This document shows positions 52,911-64,000 of a stretch of DNA of 64,000 bases, one piece after another. The notes beneath the pieces are model-generated. The model ran no database searches. It was given only the letters and a program-made list of their open reading frames with translations, and was not told where the DNA came from. Position 1 is the stretch's first letter. Every line of letters begins with the position of its first letter. Origin of the DNA: Bacillales bacterium (lineage in GTDB: Bacteria > Bacillota > Bacilli > CAJFEE01); assembly GCA_029256085.1 (NCBI GenBank), contig JAQSYP010000003.1, forward strand, positions 3,891-67,890, in the 5' to 3' direction. The position numbers were made by a program, and so were the translations under genes.

Positions 52911-53028
52911 GAAACTGCTCGCTTTCCGCGGGCACGGCCTCAGGCTATTTTTGCAAGTAAACTTGCAAAAATGGATTTTCGGCTCGTGCTGTTCCCGCTG
53001 GCGAAATGCATGCATTTCGAGCAGTTTC
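52911..53028 (+). repeat. MITE-like repeat family 2, copy E, with 11-bp terminal inverted repeats GAAACTGCTCG/CGAGCAGTTTC.
   Basis: About 118 bp. Other copies are at 59916-60034 (inverted) and a truncated one at 44016-44090. Confidence 0.8.
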
Positions 53029-53103
53029 CAACTTCATGTATAGTAACTTTTCTATCTTAAAAAACTTGGCTTTGCCAAGTTTATTTTTGGAGGATAAAAA
53101 TCA

Positions 53104-53532
53104 ATGGATTTTAAATATCAGAATGTACCAATAAAAACTATAAACAATATAATAAACGTTAATAATGAACGACAGACTTTCGTAGTAGATACATTTGGCA
53201 GTGTATATTACAAAAATGGTTCTTATTTCTTATTTTTTGTTGAAGAGTACAAAGGAAACAAAATCGAAGTTAATTTCAAAGCAAATATAGAAAAGAATTC
53301 ATTTACTCTAAAAAGAAGTGGATCATTTAAAATGAACCATATATTTATAGATGGAGAAAAGACAACTAGCGAATACATAACTGAATATGCTGTTTTTAAA
53401 TACACAACAAGTAATTGCACAGTTGAATTTAATAATGGAAATGAATTTAGAATGAATTATAGCCTTGAACTGAACGATGATTTTATAGGAAAATATGAAA
53501 CAATAATTAAATTTGATATTAAGGTACATTAG
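53104..53532 (+). CDS. DUF1934 (YwiB-like) beta-barrel protein.
   Basis: Position downstream of speEB as in B. subtilis. 142 aa. Confidence 0.6.
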   Translation: MDFKYQNVPIKTINNIINVNNERQTFVVDTFGSVYYKNGSYFLFFVEEYKGNKIEVNFKANIEKNSFTLKRSGSFKMNHIFIDGEKTTSEYITEYAVFKYTTSNCTVEFNNGNEFRMNYSLELNDDFIGKYETIIKFDIKVH

Positions 53533-53585
53533 ACAAGGCTGAACGGATACACTATTACATAGTAGCATTTATGTAGGAGGAAAAT

Positions 53586-53765
53586 ATGGTACAGACTATA
53601 CTAGCGTTGTTAGCCGGAACGATTGTCGGTTTTTTATTTTCTCTAATTAAATTACCATTACCTGCTCCACCTAACTTAGCAGGACTAGCTGGAGTTGCAG
53701 GTGTACTCTTAGGTTATAAAGTTTATGAGTGGCTAATACCCTTTTTAAAAGAAGTTTTTAAATAA
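53586..53765 (+). CDS. XapX-like (DUF1427) small membrane protein, 59 aa; not in the ORF track.
   Basis: GGAGGA RBS 7 nt upstream. ALLAGTIVGFLFSLIKLPLPAPPNLAGLAGVAGV motif. Terminator at 53838-53872. Confidence 0.5.
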   Translation: MVQTILALLAGTIVGFLFSLIKLPLPAPPNLAGLAGVAGVLLGYKVYEWLIPFLKEVFK

Positions 53766-53879
53766 TTTAATATGTGCAAAATTTCTGCACAATTATGATT
53801 TATATTTATCTTACAAACCTTAAACCTAAACCTTTTTCTGTGGATCTTAATTGAACCACAGATTTTTTCTTTTTATAGA

Positions 53880-54833
53880 CTATTTTATTTCTAAAGTTGC
53901 TCCACCGGTTCGCTTAATTCCTCTGACTTTACTTAAATCATCGATTAACTTTAAGGCTGCTATATCCTTAAGTTTGGCTTCTACCATGAAATCAATATCT
54001 ATCCCGATCTTTTTCACAGCGTCAATTAGAGGCATAATAAACCCTAAATCAACCAAATCAGAATGAGCTCTATAATCTTTATCTGACTTAGGTGATGAAA
54101 TATGTATTTTCGGAGGTAAACCGAATTTATTCCATGTATCAGCCTGTGACTTGATAATTTCTTCAAGGCTGATTAGACACGGATTAGCGATATGATGGTG
54201 ATAATCAAAGGCAAACTTAAAATTATATTTTTTACATACATCAAGCGTTTCTAAGGCTGTATAAGTTTTATCGTCATTCTCAAAAGTTAATATATTTCTA
54301 ATATCATTAGGTATTAGCTCAATATTACTGCTGAATCTTTCTAATGCAGAAGTTTTATCTCCGTATGCACCACCAACATGGATGTTAATTGTTCCATTAC
54401 TAATTTCCATGGCCTCTAATAAATTAAAATGATACTCTAAATCACGAACAGCATTTTCGGTAATATGTTTCTTATCACTAGTGAATAGTGTAAATTGATT
54501 AGGATGAAAGCTAGATCTTAAATTAAAAACTTTAACAAGCCTTCCGAGTTCGGTCCACTCGTCTTTAAACTCACTTAAATAATCAAAGTTAACCTCAGGG
54601 TGTGTGGCTAACGGTACAATTGATGAAGAGAAACGATAAACAAAAATTTCGTGTGCTATGTTAAAGGATAGAATTCGATACGTATTTCTAATATTTGTTA
54701 GAGTTGTTTCTCGTAACTTCTCGAATCTAACATTTTTATCCATATCTTTCCATCTAGTAAAAGTAAGGCTTTTTGCAGGAGTAGAGTTCCATAAATTCAG
54801 CGCTGTAGAAACGTATCCAATTCTAATTCTCAT
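53880..54833 (-). CDS. uvsE: UV damage endonuclease UvsE (UVDE).
   Basis: UvdE family TIM-barrel motifs. 317 aa. Confidence 0.85.
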   Translation of the reverse strand: MRIRIGYVSTALNLWNSTPAKSLTFTRWKDMDKNVRFEKLRETTLTNIRNTYRILSFNIAHEIFVYRFSSSIVPLATHPEVNFDYLSEFKDEWTELGRLVKVFNLRSSFHPNQFTLFTSDKKHITENAVRDLEYHFNLLEAMEISNGTINIHVGGAYGDKTSALERFSSNIELIPNDIRNILTFENDDKTYTALETLDVCKKYNFKFAFDYHHHIANPCLISLEEIIKSQADTWNKFGLPPKIHISSPKSDKDYRAHSDLVDLGFIMPLIDAVKKIGIDIDFMVEAKLKDIAALKLIDDLSKVRGIKRTGGATLEIK

Positions 54834-54842
54834 ATGATACCT

Positions 54843-56036
54843 CTATAAGAAAGGTGCAAGTACATAACCGATTACTTCCTTTGCGAATTCAATAAAGTTT
54901 TTAGGTTTTATATGCTCTTTTTTAACTTTCATACTTTCTTCTAAATCAACTTCAATTGCTTGGCGAATGACTTTGGAAAATTCAGTATCCTCAATAATAC
55001 AATTTATTTCATTATTTGAATAAAGACTACGTAAATCAAAATTAGCAGTACCTACGTCACAGACGTTATCATCTAATACAAGAACCTTGGCATGGATAAA
55101 CCCTTTTTTGTAAAAGTAAATTTCGCATCCATGTTTCATTAATCTTCGATAGTAAATATAGGCAGCTTCATGCACATATTTATGGTCTTGTCTTAGAGGT
55201 GTTAACAAGACAACTTTTACCCCTCTTTTTAAAGCTGAAATAATCGCTCTGTTAACTTTTCTTCCAGGTACATAGTAAGGTGTTGCTATATAAAGCTCCT
55301 TCTCGGCTTTATTAACTAACTCGATCACGGTATGTAATAAGTAGGCCCCTTCTGTTGGAACGAGTCTATGTTTGCTTTCAAGCTTTTTTAACTTTGGATA
55401 ATACAAATAGTTATCATTAATTTTAGTTTTAGTATTCATTTCCCAATCAACAAAAAACTGTTTCTGTAAATCTTGTACTCCTTCACCAATCATTCTTAAA
55501 TGATAGTCCCTCCAGAATCCAAGCTTCTCATCAAGACCTAAATATTCATCACCAACATTAAAACCACCTATATAACCTATTTCACCATCAATTACAAAAA
55601 TTTTACGGTGATTTCGTTTGTTATACGAATAGAAAAAAAGTGGCCATTTGGGCTTATTACTATAATCGAATTCAACCCCATTATCATTTAACATTTGTAT
55701 TTGGTCTTTGGTAAAATCTCTTCCACCAACTTTATCTAAAAGGATTCTAACTTTTACGCCTTGTCTAGATTTTAAACAAATTAAGTTTAGAAACTCAGCA
55801 CTGATATTATCATCTCTAATTATAAAAATAAGAATGTGAATATGGTCCTTAGCATTTCTTATATCATCAAAAAATTTTTTAAAAAGATCATGTCCTTCAG
55901 TTATCAGTTCAAATGAACTAAAACGTTCCGGATACAATAATCTCTTAGACTTTCTTAAAAAAAGAAATCTACCTATTTTTAAATCAATACTGACCCATAA
56001 GAGTAGAAGAAATATTATTCCTAACACATAGAACAT
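54843..56036 (-). CDS. cls: Cardiolipin synthase (PLD family, two HKD motifs; ClsB/YwjE-like).
   Basis: HRKIFVIDG and HAKVLVLDD HKD motifs. Confidence 0.85.
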   Translation of the reverse strand: MFYVLGIIFLLLLWVSIDLKIGRFLFLRKSKRLLYPERFSSFELITEGHDLFKKFFDDIRNAKDHIHILIFIIRDDNISAEFLNLICLKSRQGVKVRILLDKVGGRDFTKDQIQMLNDNGVEFDYSNKPKWPLFFYSYNKRNHRKIFVIDGEIGYIGGFNVGDEYLGLDEKLGFWRDYHLRMIGEGVQDLQKQFFVDWEMNTKTKINDNYLYYPKLKKLESKHRLVPTEGAYLLHTVIELVNKAEKELYIATPYYVPGRKVNRAIISALKRGVKVVLLTPLRQDHKYVHEAAYIYYRRLMKHGCEIYFYKKGFIHAKVLVLDDNVCDVGTANFDLRSLYSNNEINCIIEDTEFSKVIRQAIEVDLEESMKVKKEHIKPKNFIEFAKEVIGYVLAPFL

Positions 56037-56178
56037 TAATAGTCCCCCTTTGACTTAATATTATTTTCCCAAGAAACAATTGTTTTAGACATAAGTATTT
56101 TTTTTAGGAAAATATTGATTTATTTTTTATTAAGACTGAATAGTATTTAGATAGAGAATAGAGGGGGAGTTGTTTACT

Positions 56179-58272
56179 ATGAGTTTTTATCTACTCATAA
56201 ATAACGTTATTTTTACTATACTAACTGCTTATGCAATATTTTTATTTTCGTATCTCATATTGACAAGGTACAAGTACATACAAGTTGGAGTCCCGATAAC
56301 ATCTGAAAGTAGTACGATAACAAAATTAAAAAATCTTTTTATATATGTATTTGGACAGGAAAAGCTTTTTAAAGATAGTAAAAGTGGAGTATTACATTTT
56401 TTACTGTTTTATGGATTTATAATAATACAATTTGGAGCAATAGATTTTATTTGGAAGGGATTGTCCCCTGGTGGACATTTACCATTAGGGAGTTATTATG
56501 GTCCATTTTCAACTATTCAAGAGGTTGTTGCGCTCTTAATTTTATTTGGAGTTGGTTGGGCTTATTATAGAAGATATATTGAAAAGGTTCCTAGACTTAA
56601 AAGAAATTTAAAAGCAGCAGTCGTCTTAATACTAATATCTACATTGATGATTAGTGTTATTTTCGGTAATGCCTTTGATGCAGTATGGCATAGTAAACAA
56701 ATGACTAATAATGAACCGATAACAGAAGCAATTTCGGAATTTTTTTCGTTTTTATCACCAAAGCGTTCAATGATTTTCTTTTATATATTTTGGTGGATAC
56801 ATACTTTGGCACTTTTAACTTTTCTTGTATACATACCACAAGGCAAGCATGCACATTTAGTTGCAGCACCTTTAAATGTGTTGCTAACAAGAAAACGTGC
56901 TAACACTTTAGAAAAAATAGACTTTGAACAAGATGACATTGATACTTTTGGTGTTGGAAAAATTGAAGAGTATAACCAAAAGCAATTGTTGGATTTATAC
57001 GCTTGTGTTGAATGTGGAAGGTGTACTAGTATGTGCCCTGCGGCAGCAACCGGTAAGAAACTTTCTCCAATGGATGTAATTATAAAACTTCGTGATCACC
57101 TTAATAATAAAGGGGCAGCATTAACGTCCAAAAAACCATGGGTGCCAAGTTATTTATTAAATAATACGAAGGGCAATCAACTTGCAACCTCAAGCAATGA
57201 TGATGATTTATATAATGAAATACTAAATCAAGAGCTAGCTGGCGATGTAATTTCAGAAGATGAGATTTGGCAATGTACAACTTGCAAAAGTTGTGAGGAT
57301 CAATGCCCAGTATTAAATGAGCATATTGATAAAATAATCGATTTAAGAAGGTATCTTGTAATGACGGAAGGAAATCTGCCACATGAAGCCCAAAGAACTC
57401 TTACTAATATTGAAAGACAATATAATCCTTGGGGAGTCTCAAGAAAAGAAAAGCTTAATTGGGTAAATGATCTTAATGATGTTAATGATATCGAATTAAA
57501 AACTGCAAGAGACTTGAGAAAAGAAGGCAAAAGTTTTGAATACTTACTCTGGGTCGGAAGTATGGGTTCGTATGATGAACGAAGCATGAAAATTACTAAA
57601 TCAATTATAAAGTTATTTAATATAGCACAAGTTGATTTTGCAATTTTAGGAAATGAGGAATTAAGTTCAGGTGATACTGCTAGAAGACTCGGAAATGAAT
57701 TTTTATTCCAAGAACTTGCTCAAAAAAATATAGAAATATTTAAAAAGTACTCTGTTAAGAAAATCATAACTTTTGACCCGCATGCGTTTAATATTTTTCT
57801 TAACGAATATAAAGATTTTGGTTTAGATATAGAAGTTTCACATCATACAACGTTTCTAAAAGAATTAATCGCCGAAGGAAAAATAGTTTTAGATAATGTA
57901 ATTCATCACAATGTAGCATTTCATGATTCTTGTTATTTAGGTCGGTATAATAACACTTTTGACGAGCCGCGATATATATTACGTGAAATCCCGGGCGTAA
58001 GACTTTTCGAAGCAAGTAGGAATATGTGTGATTCTATGTGTTGTGGTGCAGGTGGCGGCATGATGTGGATCGAGGAAAAAGAAGGCAAACGGATTAATGT
58101 TGAAAGGGTTGAGCAACTTTTAAAGGAAAGTGTATCTGCAATTGCAACTGCATGTCCATATTGCCTAACGATGCTTGAAGATGGAACAAAATCGATTAAT
58201 AAAGAAGACTCAATTGAAGTTTATGACATAGCAGAATTAATCCTAGAATCTTGTTACAAGAGTGATAAGTAA
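56179..58272 (+). CDS. fadF: Fused membrane (cytochrome b-like N-terminal) / HdrD-GlpC-like iron-sulfur oxidoreductase (FadF/YwjF-like).
   Basis: Two CxxCxxCxxxCP ferredoxin motifs and two CCG cysteine-rich domains (CDSMCCGAGGG). Synteny upstream of rpoE as in B. subtilis fadF-acdA-rpoE. Confidence 0.75.
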   Translation: MSFYLLINNVIFTILTAYAIFLFSYLILTRYKYIQVGVPITSESSTITKLKNLFIYVFGQEKLFKDSKSGVLHFLLFYGFIIIQFGAIDFIWKGLSPGGHLPLGSYYGPFSTIQEVVALLILFGVGWAYYRRYIEKVPRLKRNLKAAVVLILISTLMISVIFGNAFDAVWHSKQMTNNEPITEAISEFFSFLSPKRSMIFFYIFWWIHTLALLTFLVYIPQGKHAHLVAAPLNVLLTRKRANTLEKIDFEQDDIDTFGVGKIEEYNQKQLLDLYACVECGRCTSMCPAAATGKKLSPMDVIIKLRDHLNNKGAALTSKKPWVPSYLLNNTKGNQLATSSNDDDLYNEILNQELAGDVISEDEIWQCTTCKSCEDQCPVLNEHIDKIIDLRRYLVMTEGNLPHEAQRTLTNIERQYNPWGVSRKEKLNWVNDLNDVNDIELKTARDLRKEGKSFEYLLWVGSMGSYDERSMKITKSIIKLFNIAQVDFAILGNEELSSGDTARRLGNEFLFQELAQKNIEIFKKYSVKKIITFDPHAFNIFLNEYKDFGLDIEVSHHTTFLKELIAEGKIVLDNVIHHNVAFHDSCYLGRYNNTFDEPRYILREIPGVRLFEASRNMCDSMCCGAGGGMMWIEEKEGKRINVERVEQLLKESVSAIATACPYCLTMLEDGTKSINKEDSIEVYDIAELILESCYKSDK

Positions 58273-58376
58273 GCTCCCAATCAAAATTTTTATCATAGAG
58301 CATAAGCATCGTACATACGATGTTAAAGGAATAAATTTAGCTTGTCCTTTAACATAATTTTGAGGGGGAACCGATT

Positions 58377-59555
58377 TTGAAAAAGACTGTAATCGTTAGC
58401 GGAGCAAGAACACCTTTTGGTAAATTTGGAGGAGGGTTAAGCTCATTTACAGCTTCGCAGCTCGGAGGTATGGCAATAAAAGAAGCTTTAAATAGGGCTA
58501 ACATTGAAGCAGATATTGTTGATGAGGTTATCATTGGAAATGTACTTCAAGGAGGACAAGGGCAATTACCATCAAGACAAGCGATGCGATTTGCAGAACT
58601 ACCTTGGAAAGTTAAAACTAAAACACTAAATAAAGTATGTGCTTCAGGAATGTTGAGCGTAATAACAGCGCATCAGCAAATTCAACTTGGCGAAGATGAA
58701 GTAATTATTGCCGGTGGAATGGAAAGTATGAGTAACGCTCCATATTACATGCCTAAGGCAAGATTTGGCGCAAGAATGGGACACACCACATTAGACGATG
58801 CTCTAATATCAGATGGCTTAACATGCTCATTTACGGGAGTGCACATGGGAGAGTATGGTGATTTAACAGCCAATGATTTAAATATCTCAAGAGAAGAACA
58901 AGATAGATGGGCATTGAGAAGCCATGATTTAGCGCTTAAATCACAAGAAGAAGGTTTCTTTAGTTCCGAGATTTTTCCAGTTCCTGTTAAACAGAAAAAA
59001 GGTGATCCACTGTTAATTGTAAGTGATGAAAGTCCAAGAGCTGATACCAACCTAAGCAAATTATCAAATTTGAAAGCAGCTTTTTCAAAAGATGGTACTA
59101 TAACCGCTGGAAATGCACCTGGAATAAATGATGGTGCAGTTGCAATAGTTTTAATGAGTGAAGATAAGGCAGTAGAATTGGGACAGAAGCCATTAGCAAC
59201 AGTTGTAGCACATGCAGCAGTATCAGTTGAGGCTAAAGATTTTCCCAAGACACCAGGGATCGTAATTAATGAACTATTAAAGAAAACTAATAAGACAGTT
59301 GATGATATAGATATTTTTGAGATAAATGAGGCATTTTCCGCTGTTGCTTTAGCAAGTGCGAAGATTTCAGGGATTCCACACGAAAAAATCAACGTTAATG
59401 GTGGCGCCGTTGCTTTGGGGCATCCGATAGGGGCTAGTGGGGCAAGAATTATACTGACTATGATATATGAATTGCAGCGACGTGGTGGTGGAGTAGGGAT
59501 TGCTGCAATTTGTAGTGGTGGCGGTCAAGGTGATGCAGTAATGATTGAAGTCTAA
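58377..59555 (+). CDS. Acetyl-CoA C-acetyltransferase (thiolase II).
   Basis: Thiolase Cys (NKVCASGM) and C-terminal GGGQG/His motifs. TTG start with a GAGGGGGA RBS. Confidence 0.85.
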   Translation: MKKTVIVSGARTPFGKFGGGLSSFTASQLGGMAIKEALNRANIEADIVDEVIIGNVLQGGQGQLPSRQAMRFAELPWKVKTKTLNKVCASGMLSVITAHQQIQLGEDEVIIAGGMESMSNAPYYMPKARFGARMGHTTLDDALISDGLTCSFTGVHMGEYGDLTANDLNISREEQDRWALRSHDLALKSQEEGFFSSEIFPVPVKQKKGDPLLIVSDESPRADTNLSKLSNLKAAFSKDGTITAGNAPGINDGAVAIVLMSEDKAVELGQKPLATVVAHAAVSVEAKDFPKTPGIVINELLKKTNKTVDDIDIFEINEAFSAVALASAKISGIPHEKINVNGGAVALGHPIGASGARIILTMIYELQRRGGGVGIAAICSGGGQGDAVMIEV

Positions 59556-59915
59556 CATCAAAGATTATTAATTTAATTAGATTTGTAGAGGGTGTTCAAG
59601 TCTTGATGAGACTTTTGATACCCTCTTTATTAAAAGTATGAAAATACTATTATTACAGCTTTTGGACGCTTGCTTTCCGCGGCTGGAGTCAAGCGTCCTT
59701 CGCTCAAATATATACATTTAAATTACGTGGATTTTGCATTTTAATAATCACAACTCTAAAAATATCTAATTTTTCAGTGCCCTCACAAACTCGTTGTGGG
59801 GTATTGCTTAGCAGCCATACCCTCAGGGGAACTTATACCCTCAGATTCTTGAACATCAATTAATAAAATTGGTTTTTCAAGTGACCTGAAAAGATTAATT
59901 TATAACACGAAGTTA

Positions 59916-60034
59916 GAAACTGCTGGAAATGTATACATTTCCCCAGCGGGAACAGCACGAGCCGAAAATCCATTTTTGCAAGTTTACTTGCAAAAATTAG
60001 TTGAGGCCGTGCCCGCAGAAAGCGAGCAGTTTCT
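59916..60034 (-). repeat. MITE-like repeat family 2, copy F (inverted). Preceded by a GC-rich repeat unit at 59643-59700.
   Basis: The reverse complement aligns along copy E, including both TIRs. Confidence 0.8.
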
Positions 60035-60237
60035 TCGAGTGTAATAATAATAATATTTTACTTTAATTTTTAAAGAGAAAGCGCAAATCAACACTTAAAA
60101 TAAATATTTATAACATAAATTTTTTGAAATTTGTAATTATCATAATAATCTACTAGCATATTTTGGTATTTTTTGATTATAATGTATGATATGGATTTTT
60201 GTATTTTTAATTCCGTAAATACGGAGATTGAAAGGAA

Positions 60238-60837
60238 GTGCCACTTTTGAACTTAGGATTATTATCAAAAGATGAAATAAGAGAAATGGCTCTTATAGAA
60301 TTAGCTTACGAAATATTAACTGCAAAAAAGCAAGCTAGCCAATTTAAAGACATACTAGATGAAATAGCACGCTTGAACGGTGTAACAACAGATGATTTAA
60401 GATCAAGAATTTCTCAGTTTTATACAGATTTAAATGTTGATGGCCGTTTCCTATGCGTAGGTGAAAACCAATGGGGACTTAGATTATGGTACCCGTTTGA
60501 GCAATCAGAAGATGAAATAATTGTTGCTCCTAAAGTAAAGAAGAAAAAAGGCAAAAAAGTCGTTATTGATGATTTCGAAGATATTGACGAAATTGCAGAA
60601 AATGAATTTATTTTAGAAGATGACGAAGATGCTTTCGATGACGTAGATGAAATCGAAGACATTGATGATGAAGAAGAATTTATTGAAGATGTAATAGATC
60701 CTGATCTAGATGAAGTCGATGAAGTAGATGATTTAGATGAGGAACTAATCGTTGATGAGCTACCATTAGAAATCGATGATGAGTTGGAAGTCGAAGAAGA
60801 TGAAGACCTACTTGATGATCCTGAGGAAGAAGAATAA
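60238..60837 (+). CDS. rpoE: DNA-directed RNA polymerase delta subunit. The start is ambiguous (GTG 60238 or TTG 60247).
   Basis: N-terminal HARE-HTH (EMALIELAYEIL) and an extremely acidic D/E-rich C-terminal tail. Position upstream of pyrG. Confidence 0.85.
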   Translation: MPLLNLGLLSKDEIREMALIELAYEILTAKKQASQFKDILDEIARLNGVTTDDLRSRISQFYTDLNVDGRFLCVGENQWGLRLWYPFEQSEDEIIVAPKVKKKKGKKVVIDDFEDIDEIAENEFILEDDEDAFDDVDEIEDIDDEEEFIEDVIDPDLDEVDEVDDLDEELIVDELPLEIDDELEVEEDEDLLDDPEEEE

Positions 60838-60844
60838 TCAAATC

Positions 60845-60950
60845 TTGACAAGTCATTAAATTGCCGTTAAAATCATTTTTGGGCTCTATAAATATTTACT
60901 AAAACAAATTAGTTAATGCCTCCATATAATGGGGGCATTTTTTATTTTTT
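60845..60950 (+). promoter_or_regulatory. pyrG promoter (TTGACA, 17-bp spacer, TAAAAT) with a GGGCUC initially-transcribed sequence and a downstream terminator hairpin (60915-60939) whose 5' arm carries CCUCC. This is the CTP-sensing reiterative-transcription attenuator.
   Basis: Architecture matches the B. subtilis pyrG leader (GGGC start, with the pyrimidine tract in the terminator's upstream arm). Confidence 0.55.
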
Positions 60951-61066
60951 ACAAATAAAAGCCATGGCTAGCACCCTTTGATGCTAGCCATAATTATTTA
61001 AAATTGCCTCTAAAATGTTTTATTTAAAAAATTTAAGAAAAGATATATTTATGGACTACGATCTAG

Positions 61067-62677
<1,611 letters not shown>

Positions 62678-62682
62678 TAAAT

Positions 62683-62727
62683 TCCCTTCCTACAAAAGTT
62701 AGGAAGGGAGTTTTATTTTATTTTTTT
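62683..62727 (+). terminator. pyrG terminator.
   Basis: cccttcc…ggaaggg hairpin followed by a long T-run. Confidence 0.65.
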
Positions 62728-62735
62728 AAAAAAAA

Positions 62736-62762
62736 AGAGGATTTTCTTTCAATTTAGCGAAT
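62736..62762 (+). promoter_or_regulatory. σH-type promoter for spo0F: -35 aGAGGAttt, 11-nt spacer, -10 agcGAAT. A Spo0A-box-like TTCGAGA lies at about 62803.
   Basis: Matches the σH consensus RNAGGAWWW-N11-12-RNNGAAT. spo0F is σH-transcribed in B. subtilis. Confidence 0.5.
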
Positions 62763-62856
62763 TTATATTTGTTATGATAGTTTGTAAAAATCAATAATTA
62801 ATTCGAGAATATGAAAATAATTAAACTTTAAAGCTACTAGGGGAGTGTAAAAAAGG

Positions 62857-63243
62857 ATGACTCAAGGCAAAATTCTTATTGTAGATGATCAGTTTGGTAT
62901 TAGAATATTACTTACAGAAATTTTCAAGAAAGAAGGTTATAAAACCTTTCATGCGGCTAATGGGTTACAGGCCATAGATATAGTTCAATCTGAATCGCCT
63001 GACTTAATTCTTTTAGACATGAAAATTCCTGGAATGGATGGAATTGAAATACTAAGAAGAGTTAGACAAATTGATACAAAAGTTAAAGTTATAATTATGA
63101 CCGCATATGGTGAACTAGATATGATTCAGGAAGCCAAAAATTTAGGTGCGTTAACATATTTCTCTAAACCATTTGATATCGATGAAATTAGAACAGCTGT
63201 TAATGAATACTTAGGATTTAATAAGAATACCCAAATTATATAA
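62857..63243 (+). CDS. spo0F: Sporulation initiation phosphotransferase F (single-domain response regulator).
   Basis: Near-identical block to B. subtilis Spo0F (ILIVDDQ(F/Y)GIRILL…[14 protein letters not shown]…[14 protein letters not shown]…FDIDEIR). Confidence 0.9.
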   Translation: MTQGKILIVDDQFGIRILLTEIFKKEGYKTFHAANGLQAIDIVQSESPDLILLDMKIPGMDGIEILRRVRQIDTKVKVIIMTAYGELDMIQEAKNLGALTYFSKPFDIDEIRTAVNEYLGFNKNTQII

Positions 63244-63391
63244 AATTTTAGTATGGCATATCTTGTAAGAAATGCCATATTTTGCTATTCTACTTACGGA
63301 GCTCAGTGAAAATACATAATTGTTTTTTTATTTGCTAACAATAGCGAGGAGTCTTCGAATATTATTTGTTTCAAATAAGGAGGAGTAGTAA

Positions 63392-64000
63392 ATGCCTTTA
63401 GTAAATATGACAGATATGCTTAATACTGCTAAAGCAGGTGGATATGCTGTTGGTCAATTTAACATTAATAATCTAGAGTGGACACAAGCAATACTTAAAG
63501 CTGCTGAAGCTGAGAAATCACCGGTAATACTTGGTGTCTCTGAAGGTGCTGCACGCTATATGGGTGGTTTCAAAACTGTTGTTAAAATGGTTGAAGGACT
63601 ACTAGAAGATTATAAAATCACTGTTCCAGTTGCTATTCATTTAGATCACGGATCCAGCTATGACAAATGTATAGAAGCTATAGACGCAGGCTTTACTTCT
63701 GTTATGATTGATGCTTCACATGACCCGTTTGATCAAAATGTTGAAACGACTAAAAAAGTAGTAGACTATGCTCACTCAAAAGATGTTTCGGTTGAAGCAG
63801 AATTGGGGACTGTTGGTGGTCAAGAAGATGACGTGTCTGGAAGTATTATGTATGCAAATCCAGATGAATGTAAGGAACTAGTGGAACGTACTGGTATTGA
63901 TTGTTTAGCTCCAGCACTTGGATCAGTTCATGGTCCATACAAAGGTGAACCTAAGCTAGGTTTTGATGAGATGAAGCAAATTGGTGAGCTAACTAATATG
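63392..64000 (+). CDS. fbaA: Fructose-bisphosphate aldolase class II; the 3' end runs beyond the window.
   Basis: N-terminal [24 protein letters not shown] and HLDHG motif. AAGGAGGAG RBS. Confidence 0.9.
   Translation, partial: MPLVNMTDMLNTAKAGGYAVGQFNINNLEWTQAILKAAEAEKSPVILGVSEGAARYMGGFKTVVKMVEGLLEDYKITVPVAIHLDHGSSYDKCIEAIDAGFTSVMIDASHDPFDQNVETTKKVVDYAHSKDVSVEAELGTVGGQEDDVSGSIMYANPDECKELVERTGIDCLAPALGSVHGPYKGEPKLGFDEMKQIGELTNM

Noticed and set aside
53223-53568. Minus-strand ORFs antisense to the ywiB-like gene.
   Set aside because: Shadow ORFs in an AT-rich gene.
56100-56170. FadR (YsiA) box upstream of the fadF-like gene.
   Set aside because: Only a partial half-site (TGAATAGTA) is present, with no convincing inverted partner.
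6832-60034. Possibility that the dispersed repeats form a CRISPR array.
   Set aside because: Copies are tens of kb apart, of two unrelated families, about 110-120 bp long with TIRs and internal hairpins, and have no regularly spaced unique spacers. They are MITE-like, not CRISPR.
60420-60851. 143-aa Ser-rich minus-strand ORF.
   Set aside because: It is antisense to the D/E-rich acidic tail of rpoE (GAT/GAA repeats read as Ser codons in reverse); a low-complexity artefact.

Overview
This 64-kb window looks like a low-GC Firmicutes (Bacillaceae) chromosome. The evidence is GGAGG-type ribosome-binding sites and a housekeeping backbone syntenic with the B. subtilis ywf–ywj region (hemQ, pta, ywfO, ywgA, ywhB/C, pbpG-like, speEB, ywiB, uvsE, clsB, fadF, rpoE, pyrG, spo0F, fbaA). 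Other Firmicute hallmarks are a T-box leader on brnQ, a perfect TnrA/GlnR box in front of glnK-amtB, a σH promoter for spo0F and a cwlJ-gerQ spore cortex-lysis operon. Two families of small MITE-like dispersed repeats, reminiscent of B. cereus-group 'bcr' elements, are scattered in intergenic regions. Two accessory-looking blocks stand out. The first is a complete selenocysteine-decoding and respiratory formate dehydrogenase locus. It runs divergent tRNA-Sec (UCA), then selB, fdhD, fdnG-like alpha subunit with an in-frame UGA plus SECIS hairpin, fdnH, fdnI, fdhE, mobA, moeA, a MoeA–PBP fusion, tatA and selA; selD is not in the window. The second is a System I (Ccm) cytochrome c maturation cluster (ccmE, F, H, A, B, C, D, G), which is atypical for Bacillus since it normally uses System II (ResBC/CcdA). 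Its CcmE carries the variant C-x3-Y heme-binding motif instead of H-x3-Y, and its CcmH-like protein has a non-canonical Cys motif. Three uncharacterised membrane proteins with cytoplasmic SHOCT tails are interleaved in the cluster; this is the best candidate for an undescribed system in the window. An upstream mtnK-mtnA-mtnB methionine-salvage operon apparently lacks an S-box and ends with a translationally coupled Cys4 mini-protein. No CRISPR array, transposase or integrase gene is seen. All calls rest on reading the sequence and recalled family signatures; no database search was run.
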